Shown here one piece after another: positions 41,890 to 50,152 of a DNA stretch of 64,000 nucleotides. The position numbers and the translations under genes are program-made. Within the stretch, counting starts at the first letter, position 1; each line of letters starts with the position of its first letter. The notes beneath the pieces were generated by a model. That model ran no database searches, was not told the DNA's origin, and saw only the letters and a list, made by a program, of their open reading frames with translations. Origin of the DNA: Myxococcales bacterium (lineage in GTDB: Bacteria; Desulfobacterota; Binatia; HRBIN30). The stretch is from positions 1-64,000 of the forward strand of contig JBBILD010000002.1 in NCBI GenBank assembly GCA_037445065.1. The letters are read 5' to 3'.

Positions 41890-42789
41890 ATGCACATCGA
41901 GACGCTCAAGGTGTTTTGTGACGTTGTCGAGACAGGGAGCTTCTCGCAGGCGGCGTCGCAGAATTTCATCACGCAGTCCGCGGTCAGCCAGCAGTTGCGC
42001 AGTCTGGAGACGCGATACCAGTGCCGGTTGCTGGAACGGAGTCGCTCGGGAGCGCGGCCCACTCCAGAGGGAGCCATTCTGTACAGGGCGAGTCGGGAGA
42101 TCTTGGAGCGATACCGGCAGATCGAAACCGAACTGCAAGAGTGTGCGAAAGTCGTTTCGGGTCCCTTGCGAGTGGCGATCGTGTACAGTGTGGGGCTGCA
42201 CGAGCTGCCCCCATACATGAAGGAGTATCTGCGGCTGTACCCGCAAGTGAACGTGCACGTCGAGTACTCGCGGCCGACCAAGATTTATGATGACACCATT
42301 GCGGGCCGCATCGATCTAGGCATCGTTGCGTACCCAGCCAAGCACCCGCAAATCACGATTGTGCCGTTCCGCGAGGATCGTCTGGTGGTCGTGTGCCCGC
42401 CGGAGCACCCGCTGGCAAATCAAAAGCGGGTGACGTTAAGCAGATTGGCCGACGAAGTGTTCGTCGGATACGAGCGGGAGATAGCGACACGGAAAGCCCT
42501 GGATCAGTTATTCCGTGATCGCGGATTGCAAGTGCGGTACGCAGCGGAATACGACAACATCGAGACGATCAAAAGGGCGGTCGAGATCGGCCAGGGCATT
42601 AGCATCGTTCCCCTTGCGTCGGTCAAGTACGAAGTGAATCAAGGAACACTCAAGGTCGTGCACTTGGCCGACGAAACGATTCTGCGCCCATTGGGGATTG
42701 TTTACAAAAAGAACCGACACCTCTCGCCCGCGGCAGTTCGGTTCATCGAAGTACTCAAGCGGCCAGATTTACAGCGTCTGCACGACTAA
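41890..42789 (+). CDS. LysR-family transcriptional regulator
   Basis: HTH GSFSQAA...TQSAVSQQLRSLE plus substrate-binding domain; divergent from gcdH. Confidence 0.95.
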   Translation: MHIETLKVFCDVVETGSFSQAASQNFITQSAVSQQLRSLETRYQCRLLERSRSGARPTPEGAILYRASREILERYRQIETELQECAKVVSGPLRVAIVYSVGLHELPPYMKEYLRLYPQVNVHVEYSRPTKIYDDTIAGRIDLGIVAYPAKHPQITIVPFREDRLVVVCPPEHPLANQKRVTLSRLADEVFVGYEREIATRKALDQLFRDRGLQVRYAAEYDNIETIKRAVEIGQGISIVPLASVKYEVNQGTLKVVHLADETILRPLGIVYKKNRHLSPAAVRFIEVLKRPDLQRLHD

Positions 42790-45200
42790 ACCCACGCTTC
42801 CGAGAAAGGCCCGCCCAACGTGACCTGCTCGCACGGGTCGGGAATCTCGTGCGGCCGCCAAAGCCCGGAGCGAAAGTATTCAAAGTTTCGCCAGGGACGG
42901 GTTAGGGATCCATGGTACGTGGTAGTTGGGTCTGCACTTGGCCCAGAGCTGTGGGCAAAGAACGCTTCGTCCGGGCGGCTCAAGTCGCAAATGAACCGAC
43001 TGCTGGCTCCGACGACAGGGCGCAACCCCCAAGCGGTTGGAATGGCGACGCTGGGGCTCACCGTGTAGAGGTCACCCGGGAAGCCATCGTCCAAGACGCG
43101 AAAGAAACGGCCCACCAGCGGCAGCTCGGCAAGAAGAATCCCGAGCCGTATCCTATGGACCCGACCCCACACCCAGCTGACAGGATCGGGGCCGCACTGC
43201 GCGGCCAAGCGTTGCACAGTCCGCTCGAACGAGCTGACCAAAAGGGTTTCCCAGGAGCAGTGCAGCGCGGCCTCGATGTGGCGCCGCAGCGGATCGTGTT
43301 CGTCAACGAGGAGCCGGTGCATCCTGGGGATGCCACGGCGCGTGCGCAGGAACCTGTTGCCTACCTCCTCGCCCAATAAACCCAGAAAACAAAAGTGGGT
43401 CAAATCACGCACCAAGTAGGCCAGAATCGTGGGTCCTACCTCGGTGGTTTCGAATTTGCCCTGCCAAGCACGTAGGGCCCGAAACGCGCTGCCGCGTACG
43501 CCGGCTTGATCCTGATATCGAGGTGCCAAGATCGCACACACTGCGTCTCGCAGCGCCACCCCGTAGTCGCTGTGGATATCCGATTGCAAAGCCATGAACG
43601 TGGTGACGCTGTGGCGATCGAAGGAAGCCAAGACGCGCTCGATGCGATGCTGACGATACGAGGGTTCCACATGAGTGCGTGAACTAATCTGCTGGCTTTG
43701 CTCGGGGTCCGTAAATGAGTTGGCAGTGACGACGAAGCCCCGTAGAGGATCGCGAACCTTCGGGCTGTCTGCGAAGTCCAGATACCCAATCCACTGGGCT
43801 GTTGGGTCATGGGCATCCCGTACGAACAGGCCGCTAGCCCGGCGCTGAACCAGGCGCCCGTAAGGCTCCCAGGCAATGGTTCCGTCTCGGTGCGCATAGA
43901 CGTGATTGAAATCGAAAGGCCCCAAATGCATTTCGGCCAGAGCCGCACGGTGTGCTTCGACCGTGCGGGCTTCGATCAAGTTCAGTGCACCGTCAACAAA
44001 CGCTGCTCCATCTGACGGAACGTACCGCAACGCGAGATCGACTCCGTCGTGGTGTTTCCATCCAGGATAAATAATCCCGTGCTCGCAGCTCTCCCAGGTC
44101 AGGATGAAGTCCTGCCCCAAGCGCACGGTGTGTCGCTCGCTGTGTTGCTCGATCCGACCGATTCCTTGGGGTGTCCGGTACAGGCTCGGGTCTTCGGGTA
44201 GCCGGTGAATGCGAAACAAATCCCATGCGTCGCGATACGCAGTGGTAACGCCCCACGCAAGAGCGCCGTTGTGCCCGTACAGGAAGACCGGGCAGCCGGG
44301 AAGGGAACCGCCCTGGACCTTGTACCGCGGGCACTCGAGATGAGCGTGATACCAAAAGGTGGGAAGGGGGAATAGAGGAACGTGCGGGTCGTTGGCCAAA
44401 AGCGGGGCGCCAGAGGCCGAGCGCGAAGCGCTCACAGCCCAGTTGTTGCTGCCCCAACTCGCTGTGTCGAGCGGTAACTCTGGCTCGGGAACCGGCCCCG
44501 TGTGGATTGCAGGGGCCTGTTTCCATGGCGCTTCTGGGAAAAAGTCGCGGGCAACTTCGTCGCCGAGGCGTGCGCGCACCGCATCGAACGCGAGTTCGAT
44601 GTCCAGCGGTGCCAGCGCCACGGTGAGTGCGCAAGCTCGGGCCGTCACCAAGCAGTCCCACGGCCGCCACGGGAACACCGCTCCGAAGAAGAGGTGGTCA
44701 ATCGGATATACACCCTTCATTGCCTCCAAAGCAGCATTGACGCCAGCCGCGAAGGCTTCGAGACACGCTCGCACACGCGCCGGAGCGTTTTCGTAATCCC
44801 GCTCGCTGGCTGCCTCAAAGCCGAGCGGGCGAACGAAGGCGTCGAGGTCCGACAACCGTTTCCCAGGGAAGAACGAGGAGCGGGACGGCATGCGCGGGTT
44901 GCCAATGAGTTCCGTCAGCCGGCCCGCGCCAAAATGTCGCAACAAATCGAGCTGGGTAAAGCGGTCAGCGGCCTGCAAGAAGCCAAGTGCAGCGTACAAG
45001 TCGGCTTCTTGCTCGGCATAGATGTGCGCGATCCCGCGGGCGTCGCGAATGATCTGGACCGGCCCCTGCATTGGCGGCAGGTTTTCGGGCCGTAGGGCAG
45101 GGAACGTTTTTGGTCGCTGGCCGCGGAGAACCCCGGCGGCGACGCGCGCTATGCTGGCTAGACGCCTTTTCGGGCGGAGCGTTCTCGGCGGAGAGTACAT
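42786..45200 (-). CDS. Penicillin acylase-family Ntn hydrolase
   Basis: IIRDARGIAHIYA, GSNNWAV...LLANDPH, TANS. Confidence 0.92.
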   Translation of the reverse strand: MYSPPRTLRPKRRLASIARVAAGVLRGQRPKTFPALRPENLPPMQGPVQIIRDARGIAHIYAEQEADLYAALGFLQAADRFTQLDLLRHFGAGRLTELIGNPRMPSRSSFFPGKRLSDLDAFVRPLGFEAASERDYENAPARVRACLEAFAAGVNAALEAMKGVYPIDHLFFGAVFPWRPWDCLVTARACALTVALAPLDIELAFDAVRARLGDEVARDFFPEAPWKQAPAIHTGPVPEPELPLDTASWGSNNWAVSASRSASGAPLLANDPHVPLFPLPTFWYHAHLECPRYKVQGGSLPGCPVFLYGHNGALAWGVTTAYRDAWDLFRIHRLPEDPSLYRTPQGIGRIEQHSERHTVRLGQDFILTWESCEHGIIYPGWKHHDGVDLALRYVPSDGAAFVDGALNLIEARTVEAHRAALAEMHLGPFDFNHVYAHRDGTIAWEPYGRLVQRRASGLFVRDAHDPTAQWIGYLDFADSPKVRDPLRGFVVTANSFTDPEQSQQISSRTHVEPSYRQHRIERVLASFDRHSVTTFMALQSDIHSDYGVALRDAVCAILAPRYQDQAGVRGSAFRALRAWQGKFETTEVGPTILAYLVRDLTHFCFLGLLGEEVGNRFLRTRRGIPRMHRLLVDEHDPLRRHIEAALHCSWETLLVSSFERTVQRLAAQCGPDPVSWVWGRVHRIRLGILLAELPLVGRFFRVLDDGFPGDLYTVSPSVAIPTAWGLRPVVGASSRFICDLSRPDEAFFAHSSGPSADPTTTYHGSLTRPWRNFEYFRSGLWRPHEIPDPCEQVTLGGPFSEAWV

Positions 45201-45305
45201 GGCTTGTTCAAAGTATCTGGGCAGAGAGCGTCGGCAGCCTTCGCAAGCGCCGATCACCGCACCGGCAATGTGGACGAACTCCTGAGTAGCACGCCGTCGG
45301 ATCCG

Positions 45306-46304
45306 CTACCGATCGCCGTCCAAAGCCCGCAACTCTACGCGCCGGTTTTGCGCCCGCCCGTCCTCCGTTTCGTTGCTGGCAATCGGCTGCAACTCGCCAA
45401 AGCCTACCACGCGCAGGCGCCCGCGGTCAATCCCACCAGCGACCAGATAGTCGGCAACTGCCCGGGCACGACGCTCGGAAAGCTTCTGGTTGTAAGCTTC
45501 GCTTCCAATAGAATCCGTGTGTCCCTCGACCGATACCTGCACGGCCGCGTGCTCCCTGAGTGTTTCAATGGCTTCATCCAGAATAGGCCTCGCATCCGCT
45601 CGAATCTCGGCGCTGTCGAAGTCGAACTGGACCCCTCGCAAGACCAGTTTTTTCTCGCTGGGAGGGGGCATCGGCGCGGGAGTGGGTGGCGGCGGGGGCG
45701 GCGCCGCTTGGGCGACAGCTTGAACCGGCGGCAAGAAGAGATGCTGGAAGGTGAGGCCACCCGTAAAGTACGTGGTATCAGCCGTTGTGCGGCCCTTGAC
45801 CGCACGCATGTCAGCTTGGTCGCGGCGGGCGAAAAGACCGAGCGTGTTGCCGTTGCCGAGCTGGTAGCGCAAAGCTCCCGAGAGAAACCAGCCGCCGCTG
45901 TCGTCGTCAATCACACCGCTGGTGTGACGGTAATATCCGCCGCCGGAGGACAAAGATACCTCAATGTGCTCGTCGAACAAGGAAAACTGCGGCCCAGCAG
46001 TGAAAGAGAAAAGACTTTGCACGTCTCGACCTTTTGTAGAGACCCCGGCCTGGATCGGGAAGGCGGCGAACTGGGGCGAGCCCTCAACCCCAAGCGAAAA
46101 GCTCTCTGCTAGCGTGAAAAGCCTGTAACCCAGCCGACCCGCAATCACTCCTCCGACGTCGGCAGTGCGCTGGAACTTTTCTGTGGGAGCGGCCACGCCG
46201 AGGTCTATTCCCACGTAAGGTTCTCCTGCTTGGAGCCGCTCCGGAACCCACAGGCAGGTTTGCAACGCGAGAAGCCCTGTTAAACACCATCCCCAACGTT
46301 TCAT
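45306..46304 (-). CDS. OmpA-family protein (beta-barrel, Pro linker, peptidoglycan-binding domain)
   Basis: Signal peptide, PPPPPPTPAPMPPP linker, FDFDS, EGHTD, LSERRA, NRRVE; AAGGAGG RBS. Confidence 0.93.
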   Translation of the reverse strand: MKRWGWCLTGLLALQTCLWVPERLQAGEPYVGIDLGVAAPTEKFQRTADVGGVIAGRLGYRLFTLAESFSLGVEGSPQFAAFPIQAGVSTKGRDVQSLFSFTAGPQFSLFDEHIEVSLSSGGGYYRHTSGVIDDDSGGWFLSGALRYQLGNGNTLGLFARRDQADMRAVKGRTTADTTYFTGGLTFQHLFLPPVQAVAQAAPPPPPPTPAPMPPPSEKKLVLRGVQFDFDSAEIRADARPILDEAIETLREHAAVQVSVEGHTDSIGSEAYNQKLSERRARAVADYLVAGGIDRGRLRVVGFGELQPIASNETEDGRAQNRRVELRALDGDR

Positions 46305-46710
46305 CGGCCTCCTCCTTTTTATACAGGGTGCCCTTTGCTTCGCGCTTATCCAAAGGGTAACCGCTCCTCCTTTACCGCATAGCGGAGTTTTTTTGAAGTA
46401 GATCGCAGCATCGTTTGAAGAGGAGAACAGCGGCCGCATCCTGGATCGCGTGTCAGCGTGCCAGCACGCGCCGACCGACGCAGCATCGATCTGCTACTCG
46501 AAGCGGTTGGGTGAAGCTACGGAAGGCGGAGGGAACCCCTGCGCGCAAAATCGCGAACCCCGTTCGGTGACCAAAGGTTCCAGGCTTTGATGCCTTCGAC
46601 GAGCTGCTGGGAAGAAACGAATCCACGTCCCTCACGCTCTTGCCACACGATCGCTAAGGCGAAAGGGCCTTGGAGGAAGGACTCTTCGGAGGAAGCGTTA
46701 GGAGGACGTA

Positions 46711-47172
46711 ATGGTAGCAAAACAAAAAGTGGCCTGGTTCTGCCTGCTCGCGCTGTTGTGCGGCTGTGTCGAGCGCTACCGCTCTAGCGCGACTCCGATC
46801 GTTTTTACAGGCTCGGGGGAGGTGGTGCAGAAAGGACTGCCTTTCTCAGAGGCGGTGCGGGTCGGGAACACGCTCTACCTGTCGGGGCAGATTGGTGTCT
46901 TACCAGGAACCACCCAATTGGTTCCGGGAGGGATTCGGGAGCAAACGATGCAAGCCATGCGCAACGTGGAGTCAGTCCTGCGTGCACACGGTTACAGCCT
47001 TTCCGACCTGGTCCGGTGCACGGTCATGCTTGCGGATATGTCAGACTGGTCCGCGTTCAACGAGGTCTACCAGAGCTTTTTCTCTGGGCACTATCCCGCG
47101 CGGAGCAGCTTCGCTGCTGCCGGCTTGGCTCTTGATGCACGGGTGGAAATCGAGTGTATCGCCGCCAAATAA
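46711..47172 (+). CDS. RidA/YjgF-family protein with lipoprotein signal
   Basis: PFSEAVRVGNTLYLSGQIG, PARS, VEIECIA; N-terminal LLCGC lipobox. Confidence 0.9.
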   Translation: MVAKQKVAWFCLLALLCGCVERYRSSATPIVFTGSGEVVQKGLPFSEAVRVGNTLYLSGQIGVLPGTTQLVPGGIREQTMQAMRNVESVLRAHGYSLSDLVRCTVMLADMSDWSAFNEVYQSFFSGHYPARSSFAAAGLALDARVEIECIAAK

Positions 47173-47272
47173 CTGCGGTGGCGAATGTCCCCTGTTCCGT
47201 GGCTCGCCGGTCATTGAGCGTTACCTCGGTGCGCTTCAACTTGTCTTGAGCACTTTTGCCCTGGATGCCCGC

Positions 47273-49570
47273 GTGCAAAGGCAACGTTCAGCGGTGGAAA
47301 GAACGACACCAGAGGCGCTGCTGCCGGGACGACAGACTAGGGCAAGGATCAGACCTGGCCGGTTTTCCGCACAACTATCATCGAGTTCGCGCGCCGTGTT
47401 GGCGGTGGTTGTCGCATCTGTGTCGATCGTCAGACTGGCACAAGCAATCGAACTCCAGGCTGAGCTTCGTGCGGTTCCTGGCGTGCGCGGCCGTGTTGTG
47501 CAAGCTGGGGTCCCGCTCCCGCGAGCTTGGGCGCGCGAAGCGGCTGCCTTGCAAGTGCGGGAGGGAGCACAGGTTCTACCTGCGCAAGTCGACGTTCGCG
47601 CACGTTGGCCCGATGGGTCACTGCGCTGGATCTGGGTGGATTGGCTAACCCAGAAACCACAGACTGGGAAGCAGGTTTTCGAACTAGAAGGCAAGCCCGG
47701 GGTGAAAGCGGAGCCACAATCAGGACTGCCGCGCGTACGGGTCGAGGAAGACCCGGGCGGTATCATGGTGGACACTGGTCCGTTGCGTGTCCGCTTGCCT
47801 CGCGACCGGGACGTGTGGTTCGAAATTCTTCCCCCCCTCGCTTCGAAACTGAGCAACCCCCGCGTCCTTTCGCATCTTCGCTTTAACGGGCACGACCACC
47901 GCGCACAGAGGCCGCGCACGCTGCGAGTGTTGGAACGCGGGCCGGTGCGCGCGCGGATCGAGCGGCAGGGACAGTACGGTGATGGCTCGATCCGGTACAC
48001 AGTGCGTGTCGACTTTTTCGCTGGCCAACCTTTGGTGCGCGTGTTTCATACGTTCGAGGTCCACGCAGATCTTCCCGGCGGGCAATTGGAGCGGCTGACC
48101 GTAGAGCTGCCTACCCCGCGGGGATCTCCTGTGCGCCTACGCGCGGGTCGGGTAGGGGACGGACCCTGGCAGAAGGAATTGCACCGAGCGCCGGTGTGGT
48201 TGGCACAAATGGATCGCGACCGCGTAACGCTTGCCGAACAGGCGTACTCTGGGTCCTTAGAGGGGCGATTTGTCGCCGCATCGCGTCACGCAGCAGTTGG
48301 CCTGGCGGCCTGGGACTTCTGGCAACAGTTCCCGCAGGGTGTGGGCTGGCTTGGAGATCGCCTGGTCTATGACCTTTACGCCCGGCAGGCGCAGCCTGCG
48401 CTGGCTGGAACTGGGTCGGCAAAAACCCACGAGTTCATGCTTTTTTTCCTCTCGGAGCCGCCTGCTGGCACGTGGCTTCCTGACCTCGCGGCAGTGCCTC
48501 TAGCACGGGTCAATGCAGACTGGTTCGCGACTAGTGAGGCGATGCGAAACGCCTTGGATGCGCGCTCCGAAAAGGCAAAGGCATTCTTGGCAAAATTGTC
48601 CCGTGCCTACGAGGATGTGCTGAGTACCGTAGACCGGGAGGAGTGGGAGGAACGTTCGGTGGCGGAGTGCTTGCCCGAAGGGGATCCCCACATAGGACGA
48701 CGTCGGCGAGGATTCTACGGAATGTGGAACTGGGGAGATTGGAATTTCCCGGGGTACCGCGACTCGGTCAAAGGGTGTGACGCGTGGGGAAACCTGGAAT
48801 ACGACCTGCCGCAAGTCCTAGCCCTTGCGTACGCAGCCACCGGCTCTGGAAACTTCTTGGACGGCCTCATCGCTTCGGCGCGCCATTTTATGGATGTTGA
48901 CCGCATCCACGCCCAGCCGCGTTTTCCACAGTGGGTGGGCATGAACCATCCAAAAAACCCTCTCCATTGGAGTTTTGCGAAAGGTGGCGTGGATTTAGGA
49001 CACACTTGGACCGAAGGCTTGCTTTCCTACTTCTTCCTTACCGGCGACGAGCGTGGCTTGGAGGCTGCACGCGGAATCGGGGAGTTTCTGCTGCGGCGTT
49101 TGCGCGCGGGTGTGAAGGGGAATCCGCGCCAATTCGGCTGGCCGCAAATCGCGTTAATTGCCCTTTATGAGGCAACCCTCGATGAACGCTACCGCGCCGC
49201 TGCCGTGGAGTACGCTCGGCAAGGAATGCAAAAACACCAGCCTGACAAGATTGAGGACTGGAAGTTGGGAATCTTCGCGGAAGGGCTGGTGTATGTTCAC
49301 ACTGTGACGCACGATCCTGAGATCTGGAGCTGGTTGGAGCGTTACACGCGAAAGGTGCTTGCCAGAGAAGCACCGATGGACTCCAGATTTTGGCCCGGGG
49401 TGGCGTACGTGGTGGCCTTGGCGAATGACAGCGCAGGGGTGGGGCGCGTCCAACAGTTCCTCGACTCGTTGGAGTTCGGCCGTTGGGCGAAACCCTTTAC
49501 TATCCAGAGCCGAGTGGGGTTCGCGATTCTATGGTACTTCCGGCACAGCGAGAGGCGGGCGCAACCGTGA
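47273..49570 (+). CDS. Exported PcRGLX/YetA-like (PL26-related) protein; start uncertain (47273 to about 47396)
   Basis: GVPLPR, WPDGSLRW, GPVRA, WQQFP, GMWNWGDW, WGNLEYD; the upstream part of the 934-aa ORF overlaps ridA and was discounted. Confidence 0.7.
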   Translation: MQRQRSAVERTTPEALLPGRQTRARIRPGRFSAQLSSSSRAVLAVVVASVSIVRLAQAIELQAELRAVPGVRGRVVQAGVPLPRAWAREAAALQVREGAQVLPAQVDVRARWPDGSLRWIWVDWLTQKPQTGKQVFELEGKPGVKAEPQSGLPRVRVEEDPGGIMVDTGPLRVRLPRDRDVWFEILPPLASKLSNPRVLSHLRFNGHDHRAQRPRTLRVLERGPVRARIERQGQYGDGSIRYTVRVDFFAGQPLVRVFHTFEVHADLPGGQLERLTVELPTPRGSPVRLRAGRVGDGPWQKELHRAPVWLAQMDRDRVTLAEQAYSGSLEGRFVAASRHAAVGLAAWDFWQQFPQGVGWLGDRLVYDLYARQAQPALAGTGSAKTHEFMLFFLSEPPAGTWLPDLAAVPLARVNADWFATSEAMRNALDARSEKAKAFLAKLSRAYEDVLSTVDREEWEERSVAECLPEGDPHIGRRRRGFYGMWNWGDWNFPGYRDSVKGCDAWGNLEYDLPQVLALAYAATGSGNFLDGLIASARHFMDVDRIHAQPRFPQWVGMNHPKNPLHWSFAKGGVDLGHTWTEGLLSYFFLTGDERGLEAARGIGEFLLRRLRAGVKGNPRQFGWPQIALIALYEATLDERYRAAAVEYARQGMQKHQPDKIEDWKLGIFAEGLVYVHTVTHDPEIWSWLERYTRKVLAREAPMDSRFWPGVAYVVALANDSAGVGRVQQFLDSLEFGRWAKPFTIQSRVGFAILWYFRHSERRAQP

Positions 49571-49685
49571 CCGGCGCAACGGGTATCTACGGCAGGGTGG
49601 CTTCCAGCTTCGCGAAGCGATGGGGCGGAGCTGGCACCACTCTCAGACGGGCCACAGGCTTGAAGATCGTTTTCGCTCGCGGGCG

Positions 49686-50141
49686 ATGCCGAGACTGACT
49701 TCCTTGCCCTTGCCACGACGTCGGTACGTGCCGGATGTTTCCTCACCGGGCCAGCGGCGCTTCATTCGCCAATTCCTGAGCGAGATTCTTCCGGCAGGCC
49801 GCACGGAAGAAGCGGAGAGGGTGCGCTTTTACTACGGCGCAGACCTCTTCGATGCGGGCTTCTATTGGGAAGCGCACGAGGTCTGGGAGCCGCTGTGGCT
49901 GGCCTCCCCGTCACGGAGCGGTCAACGCGCGCTCTTGCACGGGTTGCTCCTGGCCACTGCTGCCCTGCTACGGGCGGAAGTTGGAAAAAAAACGGCCGCG
50001 CAACGGCTGGCCCTGCGTGCCGAGGCTAAGCTGCAGGAGGCCATGCGTTGGGTCTCGGAAGCGGGCATCGGAGGCGGTACTTTCCACCCGCTCACGGAAC
50101 GCGTCCGGACGCGACTCGCGGGTTGTTTGCGAAGCGGCTGA
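49686..50141 (+). CDS. DUF309-domain protein
   Basis: LFDAGFYWEAHEVWEPLW signature. Confidence 0.82.
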   Translation: MPRLTSLPLPRRRYVPDVSSPGQRRFIRQFLSEILPAGRTEEAERVRFYYGADLFDAGFYWEAHEVWEPLWLASPSRSGQRALLHGLLLATAALLRAEVGKKTAAQRLALRAEAKLQEAMRWVSEAGIGGGTFHPLTERVRTRLAGCLRSG

Positions 50142-50152
50142 GCAGTTTGACC

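Noticed and set aside
41764..42258. 165-aa N-terminal extension of the acyl-CoA dehydrogenase ORF
   Set aside because: Overlaps the divergent LysR gene; family similarity begins at MKPF (41763).
45204..46112. 302-aa plus-strand ORF
   Set aside because: Antisense shadow of the ompA-like gene; no motifs.
46766..47272. N-terminal part of the 934-aa ORF
   Set aside because: Overlaps ridA in another frame and has non-protein-like composition.
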